DNA of 64,000 bases from an uncultured virus (IMG/VR IMGVR_UViG_2061766007_000800) (lineage: Duplodnaviria > Heunggongvirae > Uroviricota > Caudoviricetes). The stretch lies in IMG/VR virus record IMGVR_UViG_2061766007_000800. One strand, given 5' to 3'. Positions 47,914 through 55,968 of this stretch are shown here, piece by piece. The notes beneath the pieces were generated by a model that saw only the letters and a program-made list of their open reading frames with translations, was not told the origin of the DNA and made no database searches. The position numbers were made by a program, and so were the translations under genes. Positions within the stretch are counted from its first letter, which is position 1; each line of letters starts with the position of its first letter.

Positions 47914-48246
47914 ATGAAAACAAAAGAACAGATAATCGCAGAAATTAAAAAAGATAAAGATTTTGCGGACTGTACCGCCGAAGAAATCGAAGAAATGGCG
48001 GAAATGGAGTTAAAAGTACAAGGCAACCGCCGTTATGAACAAAGCGACACCCCGCGCAAAAAGGCAGACCGCCCTAAAAAAATTGATGATGTAAAAGTTG
48101 AAATTTTACAAGAAATAGGTTGGGCTATGGCGGAACTTCCGCAAGTGTCAAATTTCAAAATCACTAACCCACAAAAAACTATTGATTTTAAGGTTGGCGG
48201 AGAGTGTTACACTCTGAATCTTGTAAAGCATCGCCCTAAAAAATAG
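47914..48246 (+). CDS. Hypothetical protein, paralog B1
   Basis: C-terminus YTLNLVKHRPKK resembles 52328 gene. Confidence 0.7.
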   Translation: MKTKEQIIAEIKKDKDFADCTAEEIEEMAEMELKVQGNRRYEQSDTPRKKADRPKKIDDVKVEILQEIGWAMAELPQVSNFKITNPQKTIDFKVGGECYTLNLVKHRPKK

Positions 48247-48366
48247 GGCGGTGCGCTTTCTGTCGCAAGCGCACCGTTTTTTGCTTTATTTGGTAATTTT
48301 GCACAATTTCTATTTCAATTTTTTGTCTATTCTGTCTATTTACTTTTGCCTAAAACGGAGTATAAT
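48228..48366 (+). repeat. Cassette-boundary element, copy 10 (three-arm; first arm inside upstream gene)
   Basis: cggtgcgctt/aagcgcaccg; TGCACAA 48300; TATAAT 48361. Confidence 0.8.
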
Positions 48367-48401
48367 AATAAATGTAAGGTAACGAAAGAGAGGTATACAA
48401 A

Positions 48402-48632
48402 ATGTTCATTGAAACAATCGGTTTAGAACAGTATCGTAGAGTTGAGATTGGCGATAAAATTAAATCACAGGGTTATATTTTTGAAGTGGCAGAGATTTCA
48501 TTTCAAGCCGATTATGGTAGTGATGGTGGTATTTATATTGAGTTTTCAGATACTAATGGTAATCCTCACTATTGGAAAGAAGGTCATGATGGTGGGTGTG
48601 TGATTAGTAAGAAAGAGGTAAAAAATGAATAA
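48402..48632 (+). CDS. Hypothetical protein
   Basis: 76 aa, GAGGT RBS. Confidence 0.7.
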   Translation: MFIETIGLEQYRRVEIGDKIKSQGYIFEVAEISFQADYGSDGGIYIEFSDTNGNPHYWKEGHDGGCVISKKEVKNE

Positions 48633-48885
48633 GATTAAAAAATTTTTTAGAATCGAAGAAAATTATAAATTTGAGTGGAACGACCTGCGTTGTGCTATCA
48701 CTCTTGTAAATATAGCCTTAATTATGATTTTTGGCTTAAAAATTTCGTGGTTTGGCTTAGCGGTTGCGGTGTTTGGTTTGATTAAAGACTTAACAAGTGA
48801 TAGACATATTAACGGAATTTTAATGCACTTAGGAAGTGCTGTATTAAATGCTTATTTCTTATATTTATATTATATGGGGGTGTAA
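48625..48885 (+). CDS. Small membrane protein
   Basis: 86 aa, 2-3 hydrophobic helices. Confidence 0.7.
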   Translation: MNKIKKFFRIEENYKFEWNDLRCAITLVNIALIMIFGLKISWFGLAVAVFGLIKDLTSDRHINGILMHLGSAVLNAYFLYLYYMGV

Positions 48886-48888
48886 AAT

Positions 48889-49095
48889 ATGGTAAAAGTA
48901 ATAGATAATAGTAATAAACCTAAAACTTTAGCGGAAAGACAGTTATTAGATATAGCAACTTATGTAATGACTGGAATAGACTTTGCTGAAGATAAGATAA
49001 TCGAAGCAACCGAAAGAGAGCAAGAAGCCTACTATGAAGGCTACTCTCGCGCATTAATAAATTTACGCAGACACTTTTTTAAAGAGGTAAAATAA
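48889..49095 (+). CDS. Hypothetical protein
   Basis: 68 aa, coupled in operon. Confidence 0.65.
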   Translation: MVKVIDNSNKPKTLAERQLLDIATYVMTGIDFAEDKIIEATEREQEAYYEGYSRALINLRRHFFKEVK

Positions 49096-49097
49096 AA

Positions 49098-49322
49098 ATG
49101 AAAATTCACGAACCCAATGTAATAAGAATTGAAATCGAAGAAAAAGAAATAGAAACTCTTGAGATAGCCTATAATATTTTAGAGAGACTATCCGACACAC
49201 TAAAAGAATATAGAGGAAAAAAAGAAATTGAATATTCGGTTCCTTATGGAGTAGATGAAGAAGATTTCTATGACCTTTTAGACGAAATAGGAGATTCTAT
49301 CTCTGATATAAGGGAATATTAA
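49098..49322 (+). CDS. Acidic hypothetical protein, paralog of 50086 gene
   Basis: 74 aa; ends ISDIREY. Confidence 0.7.
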   Translation: MKIHEPNVIRIEIEEKEIETLEIAYNILERLSDTLKEYRGKKEIEYSVPYGVDEEDFYDLLDEIGDSISDIREY

Positions 49323-49328
49323 TAAAAA

Positions 49329-49463
49329 TGCGCCCTTGAACGAGGGCGCGCAAACTTGTGTTAGCGCGCCCTGTTTTTGTTGTCAATAGTAATTTTGCAC
49401 AATTTTTTAATCGGTTTTTTGTATAAAATTACCTATTGCATTTTCCTAAAAAGAGAGTATAAT
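49329..49463 (+). repeat. Cassette-boundary element, copy 11 (three-arm)
   Basis: agggcgcgc-N12-gcgcgccct; TGCACAA 49396; TATAAT 49458. Confidence 0.85.
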
Positions 49464-49498
49464 AATAGATGTAAGGTAAAGGAAATGAGGTATTAAAA

Positions 49499-49939
49499 AT
49501 GAACAAAAGTAAAGAGATTTTATTTGAAAAAGTAAATGCTTTTATAAATACCATAGCCGATTTTGAAGATGTGCAGAGTGGCGAGGAATTTTTATGTTAC
49601 CCTACTACAAAAGAAATTTTTATAGATACAAAAAATTATAGGGCAGATGAATTTATAGATACTCTCTTTGAGAGAACAAACCTTCGAGATATATCAATTT
49701 TTACTTGGTGTTTGTTACACGAGGTCGGTCATTGTATGACAGAAAAATATATTGATGTGAGAGCAAATAATCATTGTCAATATGTTAAAAAGAAAATAGC
49801 CAAAGGCAAGATAGCAAGTATCAATTATTATTATCTTGCAGACGAAAAAAAAGCAACTAATTGGGCTATAAGATACGCAACTAAAAATTTTGAAAAGGTT
49901 AAAGCCTTTGATAATGATATAAGGGGGTTGATAATATGA
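49499..49939 (+). CDS. HEXXH zinc-metallopeptidase-like protein
   Basis: LLHEVGH plus downstream E-x-x-A-x-x-W-A. Confidence 0.65.
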   Translation: MNKSKEILFEKVNAFINTIADFEDVQSGEEFLCYPTTKEIFIDTKNYRADEFIDTLFERTNLRDISIFTWCLLHEVGHCMTEKYIDVRANNHCQYVKKKIAKGKIASINYYYLADEKKATNWAIRYATKNFEKVKAFDNDIRGLII

Positions 49940-50082
49940 CAACTAAATCAAAAACATTTAGAGTATATTATAATGACGGCAACCAAAAATTATATGGTGC
50001 GCAAAATATGAAAGTCCTGATGTATTGGCTTTTAAGAAATGATAAAGAAGCAATGAATATAACGAAAATAGAAGAGGTGTAA
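49936..50082 (+). CDS. 48-aa hypothetical protein (not in ORF track)
   Basis: ATGA overlap; MTTKSKTFRV...IEEV. Confidence 0.55.
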   Translation: MTTKSKTFRVYYNDGNQKLYGAQNMKVLMYWLLRNDKEAMNITKIEEV

Positions 50083-50085
50083 AAA

Positions 50086-50274
50086 ATGAAAGAAGTAAAA
50101 AGACCTACATACGAATTTGAAATTGAAGATGTTGAAGTATTACAGAAGGCTTTAGAGATTATGCAAGCCTTACAGACTCAAACTAATTGGACACCCTATC
50201 AAGAATTAACTGAAATAGAGCGAAACTTATGGGATATTGCTGAAGATATTGCAGATATCTCTAATGAGTATTAA
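50086..50274 (+). CDS. Acidic hypothetical protein, paralog of 49098 gene
   Basis: 62 aa; ends IADISNEY. Confidence 0.7.
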   Translation: MKEVKRPTYEFEIEDVEVLQKALEIMQALQTQTNWTPYQELTEIERNLWDIAEDIADISNEY

Positions 50275-50279
50275 AACAA

Positions 50280-50415
50280 TGCGCCTTCAATGCGAAGGCG
50301 CGTCAACTTTTGTCGACGCGCCTCATTTTATTTGTCAATAGTAAATCTGCACAAATTTTACCCCGAAAATTTGTGCAACTTGCCGATTTACTTTCTCCCG
50401 TAATGCGAGTATAAT
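50280..50415 (+). repeat. Cassette-boundary element, copy 12 (three-arm, perfect dyad)
   Basis: aggcgcgt-N12-acgcgcct; TGCACAA 50348-N16-TTGTGCA 50371; TTTACT-17-TATAAT. Confidence 0.85.
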
Positions 50416-50525
50416 AATCTATGTAAGGTTGAGGGAAAAATAAAAAATAAAAATAAAAAAATTAAAAAAATGCTTGACAACCTTAAAAAATAAGAGTATA
50501 ATTAATATATACTAAAGAAAAGGAA

Positions 50526-51224
50526 GTGGTTATTGGAATGGACAGAAGAATAAGTTACAAGATAGTTATTGATACAGAAACTACACCTTGTGACAAGACA
50601 GTAAATGAGGTCGTGCCTTCAAATATGTTTGCTTATGACATAGGGTGGGCCGTAGTGGACAAAAGAGGAAATGTTTATAGAACACGAAGTTTTGTAATTG
50701 CAGACATATTCCTTGATGAAAAGGAACTTATGCAGAGCGCATATTATGCCGATAAAATTCCTAAATATTGGGAAGATATAAAGGCTGGAAGAAGAATTTT
50801 AACTTCATTTTATAAAATTCATCAGACTTTATTGGCGGATATGGCAGAGTTTGAAGTTACAGAGGTTTTTGCTCATAACATGCGCTTTGATTATGGTAAC
50901 CTTAATAATACGCAGAGATGGTTGACAAAATCAAAATATCGTTACTTCTTTCCCAAAGATACAGTAATATGCGATACTTTAAAAATGGCGCGTGATGTAG
51001 TTGCAAACACTCCCACATATATAGCGTTTTGTAATGAGCATGGATTCTTAACAAAGAACGGTAAGCCTCAAACAAAAGCCGAAACATTATTTGCCTATAT
51101 TAAAGATAACCCCGATTTTAAAGAAAGTCATACAGGTCTTGAAGATGTACTTATAGAGAAAGAAATTTTGGCATATTGTTACAGAAAACATAAGAAAATG
51201 AGAAAGGAACTGTGGGCGGAATAG
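50526..51224 (+). CDS. DEDDh 3'-5' exonuclease (DnaQ-like)
   Basis: IDTETT, AHNMRFD, HTGLED motifs; second promoter TTGACA at 50474. Confidence 0.85.
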   Translation: MVIGMDRRISYKIVIDTETTPCDKTVNEVVPSNMFAYDIGWAVVDKRGNVYRTRSFVIADIFLDEKELMQSAYYADKIPKYWEDIKAGRRILTSFYKIHQTLLADMAEFEVTEVFAHNMRFDYGNLNNTQRWLTKSKYRYFFPKDTVICDTLKMARDVVANTPTYIAFCNEHGFLTKNGKPQTKAETLFAYIKDNPDFKESHTGLEDVLIEKEILAYCYRKHKKMRKELWAE

Positions 51225-51472
51225 CCGCCCACAAGGTGCTAAATATGAAGGTAGATAAAAATATACAAGTTAGTAATCATTTAAGCAAAGACGCGTTTGA
51301 AATGGCGGATACCCTCAATAATATTGTTGATGTTATCTTTATGTCTGAACAGGTAGACGAAAAGGAAAGTAATTGGTATTTAGAGTCCGAGAAAGCAACT
51401 CCCGCCGAGATTAAGAGAAATTTAATCGACCTTAGAGACGCGCTTGATAACCTCCTCCCTTTACTTAAATAA
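51212..51472 (+). CDS. Hypothetical protein; start probably 51245
   Basis: ORF followed by terminator aagagcc/ggctctt. Confidence 0.6.
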   Translation: MGGIAAHKVLNMKVDKNIQVSNHLSKDAFEMADTLNNIVDVIFMSEQVDEKESNWYLESEKATPAEIKRNLIDLRDALDNLLPLLK

Positions 51473-51500
51473 GAGCCTAAATGGCTCTTATTTTATTTGA

Positions 51501-51692
51501 CGGCGCGAGCACGTTCGTGCGAGCGCCGAATTTTCCATTATACCATACCTCTCAGGGTTTTGTCAAGTGAAATTTTGCAAAAAATTGCACAAATTTTTCG
51601 CCCAAAATTCTATACTTGTGCAAAATGCACAAAAATTTTTTCTTAACTTCGTCATTTTGCCGATAGTATTTTCAAAAAATTTTTGATATAAT
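51501..51692 (+). repeat. Cassette-boundary element, copy 13 (antisense promoter, duplicated dyad)
   Basis: Palindrome 51501-51528; minus-strand promoter 51566-51537; TTGTGCA-aaa-TGCACAA 51616-51632. Confidence 0.85.
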
Positions 51693-51911
51693 TATTTATG
51701 TCAGATGAGGAAAGTAAAAAAAATAAAAATAAAAAAAGTTAAAAAAACTCTTTACAAAGTCCAAAAAATCTGATATAATAAATGTATCAAATAAAGAAAA
51801 GCACTAAAAAATAAAAATAAAAAAATAAAAAAAGTGCTTGACAATTATTTGAAAAAATGCTATAATAAATATGTAAAGTAAACAAAGAAAAGAAAGAAAG
51901 AGGTATTGCGT

Positions 51912-52271
51912 ATGGCAACAACAAAGAATGAGTTAACACAGATTAAGGCACTTGAGGTAGTTATCGCAGAGGACAACGGCAGAGCCGAAGATGTTCAGGC
52001 TAAACTTGTCGAGGTATATAATGCTCTCGTCAAGAAGAAAGAGAATAGAAAACCTAAAAAGGCTTCCGAAGCCGATAGTGCCGATATGGCAACTATTAAG
52101 GCAACTCTTGAGAAGAACGGCAAGTTGACCGTTTCCGAGATTATCGCAAAGGCAGAAACACCTTTTGCGACCGAGAATATCTCGACCTCAAAGGTTACGG
52201 CACTCTTGAAGAAAATCGAGGGTGTGCAGAACGCCAAAGAGGGCAAGAAGTCGTTGTACTTCCTCGCCTAA
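51912..52271 (+). CDS. Small winged-helix-like DNA-binding protein, paralog A2
   Basis: MATTKNELTQIKALE shared with 47499 gene; three tandem promoters upstream. Confidence 0.7.
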   Translation: MATTKNELTQIKALEVVIAEDNGRAEDVQAKLVEVYNALVKKKENRKPKKASEADSADMATIKATLEKNGKLTVSEIIAKAETPFATENISTSKVTALLKKIEGVQNAKEGKKSLYFLA

Positions 52272-52327
52272 TTAAAAAAGAGGGGCTATATGCCCCTCTA
52301 ACGAGAACAAGAAACGAGGTGTAAAAT

Positions 52328-52726
52328 ATGGTATATGAACTTGACAACAAAAAAATCAATATTCCCGACAAAGAAATCGACCATCTTATGACGAGCCTGT
52401 CTATATCAAAATCCGAAGCCATAGAGTGTTGGCTTGAAGATAATGACTATCTTGAGCCTGACGAAGAAGCACAGGAACTCAACGAAAAAGCCAAAAGGAA
52501 TAAGGTTGACCACGGGGTAGCCTATAAAAAGGCAGATAAAAAGACACCCAAGCCAAAAGTGGTTACAGATAGTAAAAAAGAGATTTTTGAGGTCATTTGG
52601 GGTGCTATATCGGAAAAATTTGGCGAAAATGCCAAAATTACCACAGAAAATAAGTATATTGATGTGGAAAATGACGGTTTTTCCTACACTATAAACCTCG
52701 TGGAACACAGAAAACCAAAAAAATAA
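52328..52726 (+). CDS. Hypothetical protein, paralog B2
   Basis: C-terminus YTINLVEHRKPKK; terminator 52726-52748. Confidence 0.7.
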   Translation: MVYELDNKKINIPDKEIDHLMTSLSISKSEAIECWLEDNDYLEPDEEAQELNEKAKRNKVDHGVAYKKADKKTPKPKVVTDSKKEIFEVIWGAISEKFGENAKITTENKYIDVENDGFSYTINLVEHRKPKK

Positions 52727-52936
52727 GAGCCTTATGGCTCTTTTTTTTGTGCATTTTGCTATATTTTAAGCATGGCGTGGCATTTTCGGTCGAAAATGCC
52801 ACGTTTTTTGTATATTTTAGGCAGTTTTGAGGTATTTTTGGCGGAAAAAGTGTCAAAACAAAGTTTTTTACTATATCCTTAAACTGCGGGGCGTGGGCTA
52901 TCGCCTTCGCCCCGTCGGCCCCCTACGAAACTACTT

Positions 52937-53832
52937 TATGGGGGATTTTTTCTTGAACTTTTTGCCCTTGACTATATCGGTCAAAANNNNNNNNNNNNNN
53001 NNNNNNNNNNNNNNNNNNNNNNNNNNNNNNNNNNNNNNNNNNNNNNNNNNNNNNNNNNNNNNNNNNNNNNNNNNNNNNNNNNNNNNNNNNNNNNNNNNNN
53101 NNNNNNNNNNNNNNNNNNNNNNNNNNNNNNNNNNNNNNNNNNNNNNNNNNNNNNNNNNNNNNNNNNNNNNNNNNNNNNNNNNNNNNNNNNNNNNNNNNNN
53201 NNNNNNNNNNNNNNNNNNNNNNNNNNNNNNNNNNNNNNNNNNNNNNNNNNNNNNNNNNNNNNNNNNNNNNNNNNNNNNNNNNNNNNNNNNNNNNNNNNNN
53301 NNNNNNNNNNNNNNNNNNNNNNNNNNNNNNNNNNNNNNNNNNNNNNNNNNNNNNNNNNNNNNNNNNNNNNNNNNNNNNNNNNNNNNNNNNNNNNNNNNNN
53401 NNNNNNNNNNNNNNNNNNNNNNNNNNNNNNNNNNNNNNNNNNNNNNNNNNNNNNNNNNNNNNNNNNNNNNNNNNNNNNNNNNNNNNNNNNNNNNNNNNNN
53501 NNNNNNNNNNNNNNNNNNNNNNNNNNNNNNNNNNNNNNNNNNNNNNNNNNNNNNNNNNNNNNNNNNNNNNNNNNNNNNNNNNNNNNNNNNNNNNNNNNNN
53601 NNNNNNNNNNNNNNNNNNNNNNNNNNNNNNNNNNNNNNNNNNNNNNNNNNNNNNNNNNNNNNNNNNNNNNNNNNNNNNNNNNNNNNNNNNNNNNNNNNNN
53701 NNNNNNNNNNNNNNNNNNNNNNNNNNNNNNNNNNNNNNNNNNNNNNNNNNNNNNNNNNNNNNNNNNNNNNNNNNNNNNGCTATATGGGGGATTTTTTCTT
53801 GAACTTTTTGCCCTTGACTATATCGGTCAAAA
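52937..53832. repeat. 50-bp direct repeat on both sides of the N-gap 52987-53778
   Basis: Identical 50-mers at 52937-52986 and 53783-53832. Confidence 0.85.
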
Positions 53833-54013
53833 TCCCAGAACTGCATATCGAAACCCTTAGTAGCATATGGCCTCCCTGCCCGCATTAAGTAATCGCTTGA
53901 CTAATATAGTCAAGCAATCTCAGAGCAAAACTTTTGCTTTGACCAAGTCTTGTTCATTTTTCCACGTTTGATTAAACTACAATCAACAAGAGAAAGATAA
54001 ACGGCAGCAGTTT

Positions 54014-54808
54014 TCAAAAGCCTGCTGCCATATTATTTTCTTTTTTATCTTCAAGAGAAACAAAAGAAGAATCGTCAAACTCAATGAAATTATTATTTTC
54101 TCTATATGTAACGTGAGCAACTCCTCCGCCAATTTTTTCACGCAATTCCGCCATAAAATCTAAATACTTAGAATTGTCATCATCATCCATATGGTCAATA
54201 TAATCAGCTAATTCATCTTTTGTTATCTCCCCATTTTTATATGCTAATCTCAAATTTAATAATTGGTCATCAGCATCGCCAAAATATTTTCTATATGTCT
54301 GTCTCTTTATTTCCTCTTCTTCTGGCGTAAAAAATCTATAATCTCTATAACGATTATTACCGCCTTCAATTTCAACACACCACTTAAAACAACAAGAGCC
54401 AAGTGAACCGCCATTTCTGCGGGCTGGCGAACCGTAGAACTCATTGCGGCCTTGCCCCAAATATATTCGAATGGTTCCTGGAGATAATTGCGCTATTTTA
54501 TTTTCAGGGTCGTTCTCTTCATAATAATCGTACACTTTATCTACTAAGTTAGTAACCGTATCTAAGTTACTTTTATTCCAGAGTAATGGTACTAAATTAC
54601 CTACCTGTACGCAGTTGCGAGTCCGCTCTTTATCATAAATAGGCTCTATAACTTCATCTATTACCACCTTTTTATCCTCTAAGTGAAACTTAGCAAAGAA
54701 TTTTAACTTCTCTAATTGTCTCGCTTTATTATTATTAAAGGTTTTAGGAGATATACCCATCCATTCCGCAAGTTCCTTATTTGTTTTTTGTCCTAATGTT
54801 AATTCCAT
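54014..54808 (-). CDS. N-terminal HTH protein; possible replication initiator or regulator
   Basis: TNKELAEWMGISPKTF HTH; GGAGG RBS; next to repeat cluster. Confidence 0.6.
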   Translation of the reverse strand: MELTLGQKTNKELAEWMGISPKTFNNNKARQLEKLKFFAKFHLEDKKVVIDEVIEPIYDKERTRNCVQVGNLVPLLWNKSNLDTVTNLVDKVYDYYEENDPENKIAQLSPGTIRIYLGQGRNEFYGSPARRNGGSLGSCCFKWCVEIEGGNNRYRDYRFFTPEEEEIKRQTYRKYFGDADDQLLNLRLAYKNGEITKDELADYIDHMDDDDNSKYLDFMAELREKIGGGVAHVTYRENNNFIEFDDSSFVSLEDKKENNMAAGF

Positions 54809-54829
54809 TATATTTTCCTCCTTATACTA

Positions 54830-55039
54830 TATTTCAAATCTAAAATGGGACAATTTAAGAAAGTTGTCCCAATTTTTTTGTCCTATTTATATTTTATATA
54901 GTCCGTGAAAAAAAATTGGGACATAACTGCTAATCAGCTAGTTTTTCAATGGGGTTGCTGGACTCTTTCTCCATTTAGCCGTAATGTCCCAATTTTTTAA
55001 CACTATATATATTAAGTCCGTGAAAAAAAATTGGGACAT
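54830..55039. repeat. TGGGACA repeat cluster with candidate late promoter (54830-54871, minus strand)
   Basis: 25-bp direct repeat at 54900-54924 and 55015-55039; further copies at 54846, 54864, 54984. Confidence 0.75.
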
Positions 55040-55352
55040 CACAACTATGAGGCTCAAGCATTTTGTCATGTTTTTTACGCTCTATATATATTATATAGAA
55101 CGAAAAATTTGTGACAAAAATCATTTGCTTGCGTTTGATTCGTTTACCGTAATTTAAAAAATTTTTTAACCATATAGAGTGCTGGATAGATGAATCCCCC
55201 CTCAGCACAAATTCCATTTGCCCACCCGGGAATATTTCCCCTTCCCCCCATATTAATACTACCCTACCCCCTAAAAATATGCGGACAAGGGGCCTATACC
55301 CCGCATAAAGTCTTGCTATACCCCCTCATTTGAATACTATAANNNNNNNNNN

Positions 55353-55614
55353 TTATAAAGATTGTCTTGACTTAGCTTTAAAGCGTCTTATCAATGACGA
55401 AGCCGAAGATATTACAGTAGAAACTATCACTCCTTCTGAGTTTTTAGATTGGGTTCAGGACTTAGATAAACTTGAAGGCGGATGCGACGACATTGACTCT
55501 ATGCAGGGTTTTGATTGGTGGGTTACTTTCATGTATGATAATCACACTATTGATGTTTTTGGAAATGCTTATTATGGCACAGTAACAATGAGTGAAGATA
55601 AGGAAGAGGAATAA
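55353..55614 (+). CDS. Acidic hypothetical protein; 5' end in N-gap
   Basis: Open frame after gap 55343-55352. Confidence 0.55.
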
Positions 55615-55616
55615 AA

Positions 55617-55898
55617 ATGGATAAAGAAAAGGTATTAAAAGATTTAGAATTACTTAAAAAGACTTATACTTTACAGTCTTTAAATATGGTTTATAATGAA
55701 GACCCTAATGATATAATTACTTATTATCAAGGTGTTGCATTAGGTTTATCTATGGGATATAATCTTCTTTATAAAGAAGGTTTTTCTCAAAAACAAAAGG
55801 CGGAAGTTGTTGAAATGCTTAATTTTATTATTGATAAATTAAATGAGCATGAAGAAAAAATAAATTCTGGAATGGAATATAGAAAGGTAGAGTCTTAA
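55617..55898 (+). CDS. Hypothetical protein
   Basis: 93 aa; terminator 55890-55920. Confidence 0.7.
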   Translation: MDKEKVLKDLELLKKTYTLQSLNMVYNEDPNDIITYYQGVALGLSMGYNLLYKEGFSQKQKAEVVEMLNFIIDKLNEHEEKINSGMEYRKVES

Positions 55899-55968
55899 TG
55901 TAGCATTAAGGCTCTTTTTGATTTTTATAAAAAATTTTGATATAATTTTTATAGAAAAATAGAAAGAG

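Noticed and set aside
40639..51692. CRISPR or TIGR-like array
   Set aside because: Repeats are long, degenerate, contain promoters and are separated by 0.25-1.4 kb of cargo; no cas or Nop-domain gene recognised.
40639..51692. Canonical integron with attC sites
   Set aside because: No RYYYAAC/GTTRRRY core sites and no integrase in the window; cassettes carry their own promoters. Kept only as an analogy.
52827..53888. ORFs 52827-53888, 52923-53885 and 58718-58951
   Set aside because: Artefacts of translating through N runs.
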